This document shows positions 11,299 to 24,001 of a stretch of 64,000 bases of DNA, one piece after another (within the stretch, counting starts at the first letter, position 1; each line of letters opens with the position of its first letter). The notes below the pieces were generated by a model. That model did no database searches and was not told the origin of the DNA. It saw nothing but the letters and a program-made list of their open reading frames with translations. A program made the translations under genes and the position numbers. The DNA is from Tubiluchus corallicola (lineage: Eukaryota; Animalia; Priapulida). The DNA lies in NCBI GenBank assembly GCA_030141605.1, contig JAQGDQ010000708.1, positions 1-64,000 of the forward strand. The letters run 5' to 3'.

Positions 11299-11463
11299 GT
11301 TGCAAAGTCCCTGGTTGAAAGACCCGGGGCAGTTGGAAGCGGTCCAGTACGACTCTTTGCTTCACAAGCTTGTTGCTTCTAGCTACGTTCTCATGTCGTC
11401 ATATCTGGAGAGCTGTCTCAGTGGAAAACAGTACAGCATATCACAGTTTCCCCAAACTTCCGG
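11299..11463 (+). CDS. POMGNT1-like: POMGNT1-like internal exon F (LLQSPWLKDPGQLEAVQYDSLLHKLVASSYVLMSSYLESCLSGKQYSISQFPQTS)
   Basis: ttcag| and |gtaagt; open frame; phase 2 to 2; resembles the POMGNT1 segment L....SL...AYE...H.LL. Confidence 0.75.
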
Positions 11464-11734
11464 GTAAGTTTTCTACGTCAGAAATGTAGGACTTCTCCCG
11501 AGTTGTCTTTTTGTCACCGGCAACTCAGATCTAAGGAAACCAAAATGTTAATTTTTTATTTTATTGTTTATGTTAGTCATCAAGTTTTCTTAAGCATCCA
11601 CATTTAATTCATATTTACTCGCAAACACAAAACGCACCGTAAACATCTGGTGCAGGGGCTCCGACAATGGCGCGGTTAAAAAAACTTGGAGAGTTTTGAT
11701 GGCCAGAGGTAGGAGCAAAAATGGGAACCATGCT

Positions 11735-12207
11735 CAACCAGGCATAGTCAAGTGAAAATTAGTCACCAGCACCATTCACACTGGTCGGTCGCATATGAGA
11801 ATACCAGTTTTTGTCATGAGTTAACCACACTGAGCCAGGCATAGTCAAGTGATAATTAGTCACTAGCACTGCTCACACTGGTCAGTCGCACATGAGGTTA
11901 ATAATCTGCAGTTTTTGTCACGAGTTAACTACACTCAGCCAGGCATAGTCAAATGATAATTAGTCACTAGCACTGCGCACACTGGTCAGTCGCACATGAG
12001 GTTAATAATCTCCAGTTTTTGTCAGGAATAAACCACACTGAACAATCCCTGTTTTTGTCATGAGTAAACCACACTGAACCAGGCATAGTCAAGTGATAAT
12101 TAGTCACTAGCACTGCTCACACTGGTCAGTCGCACATGAGGTTAATAATCTCCAGTTTTTGTTAGGAATAAACCACACTGAACAATCCTTGTTTTTGTCA
12201 TGAGTAA
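11735..12207 (+). repeat. ~100-bp imperfect tandem repeat (~4 units)
   Basis: ccaggcatagtcaagtgataattagtcactagcactgctcacactggtcagtcgcacatgag recurs. Confidence 0.8.
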
Positions 12208-12969
12208 ATTCCTATGTCTACATTTGACTTACCTAAGTCACATTTGAACTTTCCTGTGTCTACATTTAACGTGTAAAACCTATAATAAAAGTATCATGCA
12301 GAATATCAAATGACATTAGCTTATGGTAGACAGATAATCATTTAAGCACAAAAGAGGACTGGTACTGCTAGCTTCATGACAAAATGATATACCTCAATAA
12401 ACATGTATGCACCACACATCCGGTGGGTGTCGGTTAATACAATCTATTATGTAAGATACAGAATATCTTACAGTAGCACTGTACTTCAATTTTCGTTTTC
12501 GCAAAAACATGCGCAACACACTCATGGAATATTTTTGCCGTTTAATATTATGTTAATTTGTGATGTCAGCGATAGTTAGGCTCACGCCCCATTAACTGAG
12601 TTTTTAAGCTATTATCAGAAACGCTTTTGCAGTATTAAATGTGTTAAAATCTATACTTTTTATCTGATTTGAAAATGGGGTAGTGTGTGAAAAATCATCC
12701 TGTCTTTCTTTAACAATAGGGTACACATAAGATATTTTGGAGGATGGTATTACAGGCAGACATATTTTTCTACACACTGCGTCATTATGAGGATTAGAAG
12801 TTGACAGTTTCTTTTTTAGAAGGATTTTTACCTTTTGTCAAAGACATAATTACAGGTGTCGTTTTCAGTAAAGTAACAGTGTAGTCGTTATTTAAGTGCT
12901 CCGTTTCCAGTTCATTAAGTTGAAACTTTTGAGAATTCAAATCAATTATAATTTTGATGTTTTTTCCAG

Positions 12970-13101
12970 GGACACATACACTGTGTTTTACATGCAGAAA
13001 AGTTCGTCAGACGGGACGGTTTTGCGCCGGTTGTGCAAGTGTTTCGGCTTATTCTCGTTATCGGATCATCCGGCGAGATCCTTGTACAAAGGTGTTCTGC
13101 G
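12970..13101 (+). CDS. POMGNT1-like: POMGNT1-like internal exon G (GDTYTVFYMQKSSSDGTVLRRLCKCFGLFSLSDHPARSLYKGVL)
   Basis: ttccag| and |gtaagt; phase 2 to 2; resembles the POMGNT1 segment TYV.F..M...DD......LAKC......R..H.G..R. Confidence 0.85.
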
Positions 13102-13109
13102 GTAAGTAC

Positions 13110-13490
13110 ACTTAAGTCATAAGTCATTTATTTCACATTACGCATTTTCATGTACAATATCTAGTGAAAGGGCCTACAATGAACGTAATACAAATAAGAA
13201 ATACTGCACAGGAAAAGCCTCAAACACTGTTCACCTAGATACGAAGGTAAATGTGTTGCGGGCAATCAAAAAGCAGGGCTTGTTAGATTGTCCCACACAG
13301 TGATAGAGAAAAAATAAGGGAGATAATCTGAAATTTTAAAGTGAATCGTGTGATAAAAAAACATTTCTGCTTAAAATGGAATGATGTAATGAATGAAGCT
13401 CATATATGAGATGATATAAAAGATAGAAAGACTATTATATGTTAATAGTATGTAAAATTAAGATAACTTGATTAAGCTAACACCACTGTT
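13110..13490 (-). mobile_element. Dispersed repeat, probably a LINE 3' end; inverted copy at 38985-39330
   Basis: Reverse-complement near-identity with 38985-39330; the - strand ends aataaatgacttatgac. Confidence 0.7.
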
Positions 13491-13710
13491 TTGAAACTAC
13501 TGTGAGGATGGATACTGACAGAAATTTTGATTACTCTTAATAAACTCGATTAATTAATCTGATTTGTTTTGTAAGCTGAGTGAATCCATGTTATGTGTTG
13601 TTAATTGGCCTAAAACACATATGTTCTACAGGCAAGTAATTACAATTTCCTGCATTTCAAATCGACTTTTTTATTTTAAATGCTACTCCTTTAAAGTGTC
13701 TTAGTGAGAA

Positions 13711-14570
13711 GGGTCTTATGAAGTCCTGTGTAAGTCATGGTCCTATACTCAGTTGGGTCACCAGCTTAAGGTAAATGGCTGCAGCTGGACAGGAATCTTG
13801 GGTTGTGGCTGGACGGGAATCTTGGGTTGTGGCTGGGAGGGTCTTATGAAGTCCTGTGTAAGTCATGGTCCTATACTCAGTTGGGTCACCAGCTTAAGGT
13901 AAATGGCTGCAGCTGGACAGGAATCTTGGGTTGTGGCTGGACGGGAATCTTGGGTTGTGGCTGGGAGGGTCTTATGAAGTCCTGTTTAAGTCATGGTCCT
14001 ATACTCAGTTGGGTCACCAGCTTAAGGTAAATGGCTGCAGCTGGACAGGAATCTTGGGTTGTGGCTGGACGGGAATCTTGGGTTGTGGCTGGGAGGGTTT
14101 TATGAAGTCCTGTGTAAGTCATGATCCTATACTCAGTTAGGTCACCGGCTTAAGGTAAATGGCTGCAGCCGGACAGGAATCTTAGATTGTGGCTGGACAG
14201 GAATCTTGGGTTGTGGCTGGGAGGGTCTTATGAAGTCCTGTGTAAGTCATGGTCCTATACTCAGTTGGGTCACCGGCTTAAGGTAAATGGCTGCAGCTGG
14301 AATCCTAGGTTGTGGCTGGACAGGAATCTTAGATTGTGGCTGGACAGGAATCTTAGATTGTGGCTGGATGGGAATCTTGGGTTGTGGCTGGACAGGAATG
14401 TTAGGTTGTGGCTGCACAGGAATGTTAGGTTGTGGCCGGACTGGAATCTTGGGTTGTGGCTAGACAGGAATCTTAGGTTGTGGCTGGACAGTAATCTTAG
14501 GCTGGGACTGGACAGGAATCTTAGGCTGTGACTGGACAGGAATCTTAGGCTGTGACTGGACAGTAATCTT
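13711..14570 (+). repeat. Composite minisatellite: 128-bp units decaying into a 24-bp subunit array
   Basis: 128-bp period (compare 13803 and 13931); subunit ggctggacaggaatcttgggttgt. Confidence 0.9.
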
Positions 14571-15051
14571 ACTCGTTGTCAAAGGTAATTTGTTACTGTG
14601 AAGCACTGAACCAATGTCGGTGTCAATGACCCGCTAGATGTAGAATGCAAGCAGAAGAAGCCTTGCAAATAACTGTAGCTAGGAATTTCGACAGAAAATG
14701 TTACAATGATTTTACGCTAAATGCAAGTAAAAAGCTCAGTTTTTTTCATTTTGTTAAAACGTACTGCAGTACTTGCCTTCCGATGTTTCACTCCGAACAA
14801 TTTCTTATCGCTCACATCTCATCTATATCTAAATATGACATCTGGCCACTGGCAGTTAAATTCTGCTAGCAAATTGTTCCAATTAGTGAAAACTACTTCT
14901 ATAAAAATCGGGAAGACTGTTTTTTTGTTGATAATTATTTGGTTCGTTGAACGCGTATGTGTAAAATACAGGCCAAGTCTTCTGGTAAGTTAGGCTCATT
15001 TCCGTGTTCGCGAAAAATGTTTGAAGGATTTAGTACTAAATGTGTGATAGG

Positions 15052-15561
15052 CAGGGTGCATAAGATTATGGATATGTATGAAATAAATAAAATAGCTTAT
15101 TTTATGGATTTTTGAAATTTTATTTTATAGATATCAATAAAATAAGAAATAGACTATATCTGGAATGAGATGCCCAGGGGGAAATCAATTAAAAAGTAAA
15201 AACAGGAGTGCTTGAAACGTGTTTTTAAACACGCAGGACTTAGTTCTAATTTTATCGGTTTCGTTTTAATTTTATCTGTTTCATATCACTTCAAATTTAA
15301 TCAAATTTTACGAGACAGTGCCTTGTAATTCATCACTTCAGTTCAAATAATTCATCTATTTGGTACGAATGTAGAATGCCCTCTAGGCTGAAGTTTCCGA
15401 TCCAATGCCAGTGTTCAGTTTTGATTGCCTTATTTTGTACAAAAAATCACAAAAAAAAATATTTTTTTATTTTATGCATTTCTTACTTTATGGATTTTTC
15501 AAATTTTATTTTATGGATTTTTTGTCTTATTTTATGGATATCCATAATCTTATGCAGCCTG
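15052..15561. mobile_element. MITE with ~24-bp TIRs
   Basis: cagggtgcataagattatggatat / atatccataatcttatgcagcctg; TSD not clean. Confidence 0.75.
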
Positions 15562-15775
15562 GCTCATAGGTAATTAGTAAAATCATTTTGAAATTGCGAT
15601 CATTTCACACTTGGGGTGCTCTCTGTTTGAACCATTCTTCCACCATTGTTCACTGATTGAAGAAGAGCAGCTCACTGTCTATTTCCACCAAAATAAGTTT
15701 TTACAAAAAATCAGATAGCTAATTTTTTGAGATTTTTGCGTGAACACATTAGGTCAGCAGCAGAAGTTCGAATTA

Positions 15776-16249
15776 CAGTCATACCTCTGTTTTCGACCGT
15801 AATTCGTTCCTAAAAAGTGTTTGAAAACCGATTTGGTTGAGAACCGAATCATTTATTCCCATAAGAAATAATGTAAAAGCCAATAATCCGTTCTCAAATG
15901 AACTGTAAATGTTTATTCAAACAGTAGATATGATATAATTGATAAGAAAAACATAATAGAATTACTTTGAAAGAAAAACATAATTGTTCCTGCATGAAAA
16001 AGCGGAGAGAAGTAAGCGTGGAAAGCACTTAGCGATGTTAAGCGATTCAAATCTTGTGCCTGACTACTCTCGGGTGTGGTCGGTTACGCTCGGCTGTACG
16101 CGGCTCGCTGTGCATGCGTTCCTCACATGTTTGGCGGTTCGTCGAGTACCGAAATTCTGGCCGAGAGCGGAGACAATTTCAGCTTGAATTTTCTGGTCGA
16201 AAACTGATTTGTTCGAGTACAGAGACGTTCGAAAACGGAGGTATGACTG
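15776..16249. mobile_element. Tc1/mariner (pogo/Tigger-like) MITE
   Basis: TIRs cagtcatacctctgttttcga / tcgaaaacggaggtatgactg flanked by TA. Confidence 0.85.
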
Positions 16250-17387
16250 TAGTTCACAAAGGTGCGGAAATCCATGAAATCAAGTCATAATTTTCAAGTG
16301 AATGGCAGCTACTACCAGCCTGAAAATTTCTATATAGAGGTAATATAACGGAAGTTCATTTATGCTGCCTTTGTATAGAAATTTTCAGGCCTGTAGGATC
16401 TGCCATCTACATGAACATTTTATAATCATGATCACAGTTTTTCTTAGTTCTCGCTCTATTTCATTCACTACTCCCCCCACTTTTATGAATATATTATCAT
16501 TATTTCAATTATTAATCACTTCTTCAAGATTTCCACGTACAGTTTGGCCTGTCAAGCTATGCTTTTAGGCTCAAACTGTATGCATCAAAATTACTCTGTA
16601 ATGTAATCTGCACATGTATATGCTGCATAAGAATCTCTTTTGTAATTTCTGGATTATATTGCATTTATATTTATATTTACTTCAGTGGAAAATTATCTGT
16701 ATTTTTATTATAACTGTAACATGCAGTGTGGAAATAAATAAACTTAAATTTAAACTTAAACTTGAAAATTATGACTTGACTTTGTAGATTTCTGCACGCT
16801 TTTTGAACTACATTCTTTTTAAAGTGATAATAGTAAAATAAATCCAACATATTAACTGTTTCATCCTTTGCTTTTAAAACTATTATTTCAATACTTTAGT
16901 TATTTTATCTGTGATGTCAGTCCTGTTAAATATGTTGATGATACAGTTACAATAAATTTCATTGAACCCACACTTACGACGAATTCAAGCAAAATGCAGA
17001 TAAACTCTACGCGGGGCATTTTTCTTCCATGTATCACTGCGCCTTTTCTTGCGACACGCCGGACGGCTAATGTCCGTGATTACCCGTCGATAATGGCCGA
17101 ACGTCGTAAATATTCGCAATCATTTTCCCCGATTGCTGGGGTTATACTTGGGAAAAATGGCAGTCAGAAATGTGGAAAATGTTTTGAGAGAAATCAAGAT
17201 GATTCACTGTGATTATTAAATGGCTTCCCCTGCTGCATTTAGTGTTTATTTATAGCACGAGCGTCACTGTACCAGTTGAATTGATAAGTTGTTGAACTTT
17301 TTTTTCGTTTGTTTATTCATTCATAGATGGAGCTAGTTGCAGTTTTTCTACAAGTTTTAAATTTACCCACTTTTATATCCTTGCAGG

Positions 17388-18400
17388 TGTAAGTATGAGT
17401 ATAAGTACAAGTACACATACACGTACACTTACCAGTACAAATACAAGTACACGTATACGTACGATGTATAAGTGTAAGTATAAGTACAAGTACACATACA
17501 CGTACACTTATCACTACAAATACACGTATACGTACGACGTATAAGTGTAAGTATAAGTGTAAGTGTACGTGTACATGTAGGTGTAAGTGTAAGTGTATGT
17601 GTACGTGTAAGTGTACATGTATGTGTACGTGTAAGTGTATGTGTACGTGTAAGTGTAAGTGTAAGTGTGCATGTAAGTGTAAGTGTACGTGTAAGTGTAT
17701 GTGTACGTGTACGTGTACGTGTAAGTGTGCATGTACGTGTACGTGTAACTGTACGTGTAACTGTACGTGTAAGTGTAAGTGTACGTGTAAGTGTAAGTGT
17801 AAGTGTAAGTGTACGTGTACATGTAGGTGTAAGTGTAAGTGTATGTGTACGTGTAAGTGTACATGTATGTGTACGTGTAAGTGTATGTGTACGTGTAAGT
17901 GTAAGTGTAAGTGTGCATGTAAGTGTAAGTGTAAGTGTACGTGTAAGTGTGCATGTACGTGTACGTGTAACTGTACGTGTACGTGTAAGTGTAAGTGTAA
18001 GTGTAAGTGTACGTGTAAGTGTAAGTGTAAGTGTAAGTGTAAGTGTAAGTGTAAGTGTAAGTGTAAGTGTAAGTGTAAGTGTAAGTGTAAGTGTAAGTGT
18101 AAGTGTAAGTGTAAGTGTAAGTGTAAGTGTAAGTGTAAGTGTAAGTGTAAGTGTACGTGTACGTGTACGTGTACGTGTACGTGTACGTGTACGTGTACGT
18201 GTACGTGTACGTGTACGTGTACGTGTACGTGTACGTGTACGTGTAAGTGTAAGTGTAAGTGTACGTGTACATGTAGGTGTAAGTGTACATGTAAGTGTAA
18301 GTGTGCATGTAAGTGTAAGTGTAAGTGTAAGTGTAAGTGTAAGTGTAAGTGTAAGTGTAAGTGTAAGTGTAAGTGCAAGTGTAAGTGTAAGTATAAGTAT
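17388..18400. repeat. Hexamer microsatellite (GTGTAA)n/(GTGTAC)n
   Basis: Directly visible; it produces the spurious HL, TY, CK and VS ORFs. Confidence 0.95.
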
Positions 18401-18612
18401 CTAGGAAGAAAAACACAGTGTATAAAATGATAATATGATGCAAAGTAGCAAAATTATTATGATGATTAATTTAGCTGAGATTTGATATTAAACTGATTAG
18501 TGAAAGGGTGGCAAAGAACTAAAAGTTATCAAAGTCAACCAACCTGTAAGTAATGTTGCTATTAGTAATTAATTACGTGCGCAATTATCAAGACGAAATT
18601 TTCAGAATTAGG
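18400..18612 (-). mobile_element. Dispersed repeat (probable LINE 3' end); inverted copy at 31670-31920
   Basis: gtgaaagggtggc...gtaagtaatgttgctattagtaat is the reverse complement of 31702-31772. Confidence 0.65.
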
Positions 18613-19387
18613 TGCGATAAAAGTTTACATATGGAGCATTACCAAGCTGCTTAAGTAAATAAAGGAGTGGTTAGTGTACTAAGATTGAATTTATAAAATT
18701 TAGGTTTAAATTATAACATACATAACAAGCACATACATACATAATAAGTTGCAATGTCTTCCACTTAGTTTTTTATTTGTAGTATATTTCGATACAAGCT
18801 GAAGTTTAAAGGAAAACGGTACGTTTTCCAGACTATGCTTCATTTTAACATCTTCTGCAAAATGTACATTTTTATATTACTTATAATGCTTACAAATTAG
18901 TTCTGTTAACTAAACGGTAACTAACGGTGACAGGGAGTGCAGTTAGCAATGAGGGAAAGCTTCAAATGCAGTTTTAAATTTCAAGTTCGTTGCTGCGATT
19001 CTTCTGTCTTCGAAACAGTGTCAACAAGATGTTTATGTGACACTGAGAACAATTTTGAGATTATGCTGTGAACAAAATTCAATGCATGTTGACAGTACAA
19101 CAGTACAGTAACATTATTAGAGCAAATTATATATGTCCCCAGGTCCGCTTTTTTTTGAAATTCAGTTAGTTTAATAATGTCGACGTATTTTCCATGATGC
19201 AAACAAAGTGTTAGAAATTATTAGTTGTCACTCAGTCATAGTTCATTGTTCACAGTCGCTGTCATGACGCTAAAGGTGTCGCTGGGGTGTTTTGGGGAGA
19301 GCCAACAACCGACATTGGCAGGTTTCTAAGACTGTTTTTGTAGTTGTGATGTTCGTGTTAAACAGATGAAATCACTGGATGAAAACA

Positions 19388-20862
19388 TGGTTTAACTTTG
19401 CAATCTGTATTTTACTCAAAATCATAGTCTCATAGTCAATCCACATTGGTTTAACTTTGCGATCTGTACTTTACTCAAAATCATAGTCTCATAGCCAATC
19501 CACATTGGTTTAACTTTGCGATCTGTATTTTACTCAAAATCATAGTCTCATAGTCAATCCACATTGGTTTAACTTTGCAATCTGTATTTTGCTCAAAATC
19601 ATAGTCTCATAGTCAATCCACATTGGTTTAACTTTGCAATCTGTATTTTACTCAAAATCATAGTCTCATAGTCAACCCACATTGGTTTAACTTTGAGATC
19701 TGTATTTTACTCAAAATCATAGTCTGATAGTCAATCCACATTGGTTTAACTTTGCGATTTGTATTTTACTCAAAATCATAGTCTCATAGTCAATCCACAT
19801 CGGTTTAACTTTGCGATCTGTATTTTACTCAAAACCATAGTCTCATAATCAATCCACATCGGTTTAACTTTGCGATCTGTACTTTACTCAAAATCATAGT
19901 CTCATAGTCAATCCACATTGGTTTAACTTTGCGATCTGTATTTTACTCAAAATCATAGTCTCATAGTCAATCCACATTGGTTTAACTTTGCAATCTGTAT
20001 TTTACTCAAAATCATAATCTCATAGTCAATTCACACTGGTTTAACTTTGCAATCTGTATTTTACTCAAAATCATAGTCTCATAGTCAATCCACATTGGTT
20101 TAACTTTGCGATCTGTACTTTACTCAAAATCATAGTCTCATAGTCAATCCACATTGGTTTAACTTTGCGATCTGTATTTTACTCAAAATCATAGTCGCAT
20201 AGTCAATCCACATTGGTTTAACTTTGCTAATCTGTATTTTGCTCAAAATCATAGTCTCATAGTCAATCCACATTGGTTTAACTTTGCAATCTGTATTTTA
20301 CTCAAAATCATAGTCTCATAGTCAACCCACATTGGTTTAACTTTGAGATCTGTATTTTACTCAAAATCATAGTCTCATAGTCAATCCACATTGGTTTAAC
20401 TTTGCGATTTGTATTTTACTCAAAATCATAGTCTCATAGTCAATCCACATTGGTTTAACTTTGCGATTTGTATTTTACTCAAAATCATAGTCTCATAGTC
20501 AATCCACATTGGTTTAACTTTGCGATTTGTATTTTACTCAAAACCATAGTCTCATAATCAATCCACATTGGTTTAACTTTGCGATCTGTATTTTACTCAA
20601 AATCATAGTCTCATAGTCAATCCACATTGGTTTAACTTTGCGATCTGTACTTTACTCAAAATCATAGTCTCATAGTCAATCCACATTGGTTTAACTTTGC
20701 GATCTGTATTTTACTCAAAATCATAGTCTCATAGTCAATCCACATTGGTTTAACTTTGCGATCTGTATTTTACTCAAAATCATAGTCTCATAGTCAATCC
20801 ACATTGGTTTAACTTTGCAATCTGTATTTTACTCAAAATCATAATCTCATAGTCAATTCACA
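19388..20862. repeat. 59-bp minisatellite, ~25 copies
   Basis: Unit tggtttaactttgcgatctgtattttactcaaaatcatagtctcatagtcaatccacat. Confidence 0.95.
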
Positions 20863-21361
20863 TGTACACGAAAATGGTAAACATAATCAACAGTAGTAAA
20901 CAAAAGTTAGAGTAAATCCATCAGCCAATATATCATGGCATCTGAGTCAAAACGTTATAATAACCAAACCACTGTTTAAGCCCATTGCTTGTCCTCTGTC
21001 TTGCTGCCAAGAGTGAAAAATTACTACATTCACAGAGAAGCCAAGTGACCCAGTTCCATACAAACATATAGCAGTAGCAAGTACATACATATATTGGAAA
21101 TTTTCAAGTGTACAAACAGATGTCAGCACTGACTTAGTGGTAATGAAAAACTAAAGTTTAAAACTACAAATCAAAATTAATAATAAACTGTAAATTAAAT
21201 GCTCGCATTTGCGACAGTTGCCGCACTTGTTGCATTTAAATCAGCAGTCATCGCACAGATTTTCAGTTTTGCCATTTGTTCAGTTTCCCTACTGCTCTAG
21301 TATGTCCAACCATTAGTGAGGTTTCATTAAGACTGATGATAGCAGTGTTGTGGCAGCCCGC

Positions 21362-21808
21362 ATTATTTTAAGCCCACGAAACTAATGTGCGGTCGTTATT
21401 CAGACGGTGTGATCGAGGCTTTAGAACACATTCGTAATTTTACAAATGTTGAGACGTTGCAAAGATATCAACAGATTCTTTAGCCTCATTTGGTACAATT
21501 AGATAAATTGTAACGCGATGGAATGCCATCATCTTGCGGTTTCGAATAAGCTGTGATATCGAGTAAACTCATCCAGTTTGGTTTGCGTGTCAGTGTGCCT
21601 GTTTGTCTGTCTGTCTGTCTGTTGCCAGTTTTCCTCTGTCATAAAGAATCTAGAAAGCTGATTCCTCTCACAAAGACAGGGTATGGGTCAAGCCATTAAC
21701 CCATCTATTTTTGAGTCAGTCGGTGCATATTTGAGTTTAACAATTTTTTAAAGTTCTCTGCTGCTTATTGCTGAGTACAAGTGATCGATCCGCTAATTTG
21801 TGTGATGC

Positions 21809-21856
<48 letters not shown>

Positions 21857-22044
21857 TATTATTATTATTATTATTATTATTTATTATTATTATTATTATT
21901 ATTATTTATCTAATTGTACCAAATGAGGCTAAAGAATCTGTTGATATCTTTGCAACGTCTCAACATTTGTAAAATTACGAATGTGTTCTAAAGCCTCGAT
22001 CACACCGTCTGAATAACGACCGCACATTAGTTTCGTGGGCTTAA

Positions 22045-22050
<6 letters not shown>
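21362..22050. repeat. 147-bp inverted duplication (21362-21508 / 21904-22050), with the second arm embedded in (AAT)n/(ATT)n
   Basis: The arms read as exact reverse complements by eye. Confidence 0.9.
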
Positions 22051-22120
<70 letters not shown>

Positions 22121-22170
22121 AATAATAATAATAATAATAATAATTATTATTATTATTATTATTATTATTT

Positions 22171-22407
22171 AAAGTCGGCTTTTGGGTCAACAATTAACAT
22201 TAGCTCAAAGAGCTATTATCGCCGACTGTAAATAACAACCTACAACTGCATAACAGAGACTATTATTACCCCACTTTTGCCCTAAATACCACACGCCAGG
22301 CAGGGCAACAGCGGGTACCATTTTTAGAGTTTTGGTATGACCGGCCGCTGGTTCGAACTCACGACCTCCCGAACGGAAAGCAGACGCATTATCACTAGAC
22401 TAAACCG
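22171..22407 (-). mobile_element. tRNA-derived SINE with an (ATT)n tail
   Basis: - strand head cggtttagtctagtg...ggtcgtgagttcgaacc, then core ggtcataccaaaactctaaaaatggtacc; homologous + strand copy at 48533-48830. Confidence 0.8.
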
Positions 22408-22516
22408 TCTGGATGCAGAGATGAAATCTTCTTTTTGCAGAGATTAAATGTCATTTTAACTGAAAATAACAATCTATGTCACTGCAGAAATACATTTTTG
22501 CCGTTCTCTCCATGTA

Positions 22517-22933
22517 CACTCGTATCTCGGTTTACCGGACAAAAGCGGGGAGACGTCGGTCTGAATTTGTCGATTGTCCTATTAAACTAATACAGTAGGC
22601 ACTGTGTATCAGACTCACTGTAATGTAGAATCGATCGCCTTGTTCCCTTGAGAGCGCCTAGTACGGGCCGCTCCTATGCAAAAGCTCCTATATAAAAACC
22701 GTCGGCAATTGACTCAAATAACTCCGCACAATTGATTCTATATTTCTATATACAGAGATCTACACGTGGTCGCACTGATGTACGCGATGTGAACAAAGTG
22801 ACGGCCCGCCAACTAGCGGTCAGCTCGCGAAACAACGGACTGTCTGTATTGTGCGCGACTTTTAACCGGCCAAATTTTGTCCGAAATTTCCGATATCCAT
22901 AAAAGCGAGGTCCGGCAAATCGAGATATGATTG
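22517..22933. mobile_element. Degenerate Tc1/pogo-like MITE
   Basis: Imperfect TIRs cactcgtatctcggtttaccggac / gtccggcaaatcgagatatgattg; TA at the left end. Confidence 0.6.
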
Positions 22934-23149
22934 CATATTGATCTGATTGGGACAGCTGCGGAGGGCTTCAGTTGATGAAAACAAGTGATATTTTAACACA
23001 AGTGACACGTATGATAACAATTATTAAGAGCAGTCTGTACATAAATACAAAGATACTGGAACAGTTATAATAAGTGGATCCATAATAAGTGGATCTTTTT
23101 CTTTCCATACTCTCAGTTTTTAACTTTACTCACTAACCTTGGTCAAATT

Positions 23150-23510
23150 CTCCTGTTAATAAGACCGCATTTGAAACTACTACATATAATAATCCTAATT
23201 ACTGAATAATTGTATTCTTTTGTTTAGATTTTGGTATCTAACTTTATTATTTTTTGTTTTCAGTTCTTTTTGGACAATTCGTATCATTTATACTGTTTTT
23301 ATTATTATTTTTTCTCATTTGTTTTTGTTTTTATTATCTGCAGCATCACCGTTAATTTTTAATATACTAATCTATATATAAGAAAGGGCAGGAGACCAGA
23401 TGACCCTATGGTCCTTCCCTGCCCTGCTCCATGATTATAATTACTGAATATTTGAAAAACTTTTGATGTTAAACTAATTGGAGAAAATAAATGTTCTATG
23501 TCTATGTCCA
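23150..23510 (+). mobile_element. LINE 3' end with a (TCTATG)n tail; inverted copy at 24719-25090 and a short copy at 28354-28450
   Basis: Three homologous copies ending aataaatgttctatgtctatgtc. Confidence 0.75.
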
Positions 23511-23519
23511 TGTAGCTGA

Positions 23520-23815
23520 TTTGTCTAAAGGCAAAAGTATTGGAAATTGGAAGTTTAATGATCGCAAAAAGTCAAAGACATAATCAAATATTATATTAAA
23601 ACATTGTATAGTTGAAGTTTGTTGTCTTAGTGAATTAGTAGAGAAAAGTTCAATGTGAAACGATGATGAAATATCTCTTATTTCTTCCTTAATTAGTGGA
23701 AAAGTTATTATAAGAGTCAGCAATTCAGTTGGGTCTCTAGTAATGGTGCCGTTAATTGAAAACTCATTCGGAAATAATACTTTAGTTTTGCTGTTGTTTA
23801 TAATATTATGTTAGA
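23520..23815 (-). mobile_element. Degenerate LINE ORF2 fragment
   Basis: The - strand reads NIIINNSKTKVLFPNEFSINGTITRDPTE(fs)IADSYNNF, typical of the CR1/L2-like pre-RT linker. Confidence 0.55.
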
Positions 23816-24001
23816 ACAGGGGTGTTTGATATCATTAGAACAAGATTGAAAACGGACTGAGTAATACAGACGCCTAGAAATAGCAATTTCTTATAATTGC
23901 GCAACTGAGAATTTCTAATATGATAAAATAATATAATAATATAATATAATATATGATATAATAAGATAAAGACTTGCGATAAAGCCCATCCTTCGTTTAT
24001 G

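Noticed and set aside
16789-16845. Nearer candidate terminal exon for the GT13 gene (RFLHAFLNYILFKVIIVK*)
   Set aside because: No similarity to the POMGNT1 C-terminus, whereas 45146 has NH.L.VG..SP(F/Y)
16868-17212. 114-aa ORF containing KYVDD
   Set aside because: At most a small decayed reverse-transcriptase fragment, not a gene
17317-18443. Long His-Leu, Thr-Tyr, Cys-Lys and Val-Ser ORFs
   Set aside because: Translation of a stop-free hexamer microsatellite
19388-20862. CRISPR-like array (also 42596, 49696, 56254 and 62419)
   Set aside because: Head-to-tail units with no unique spacers and no cas genes, in eukaryotic DNA
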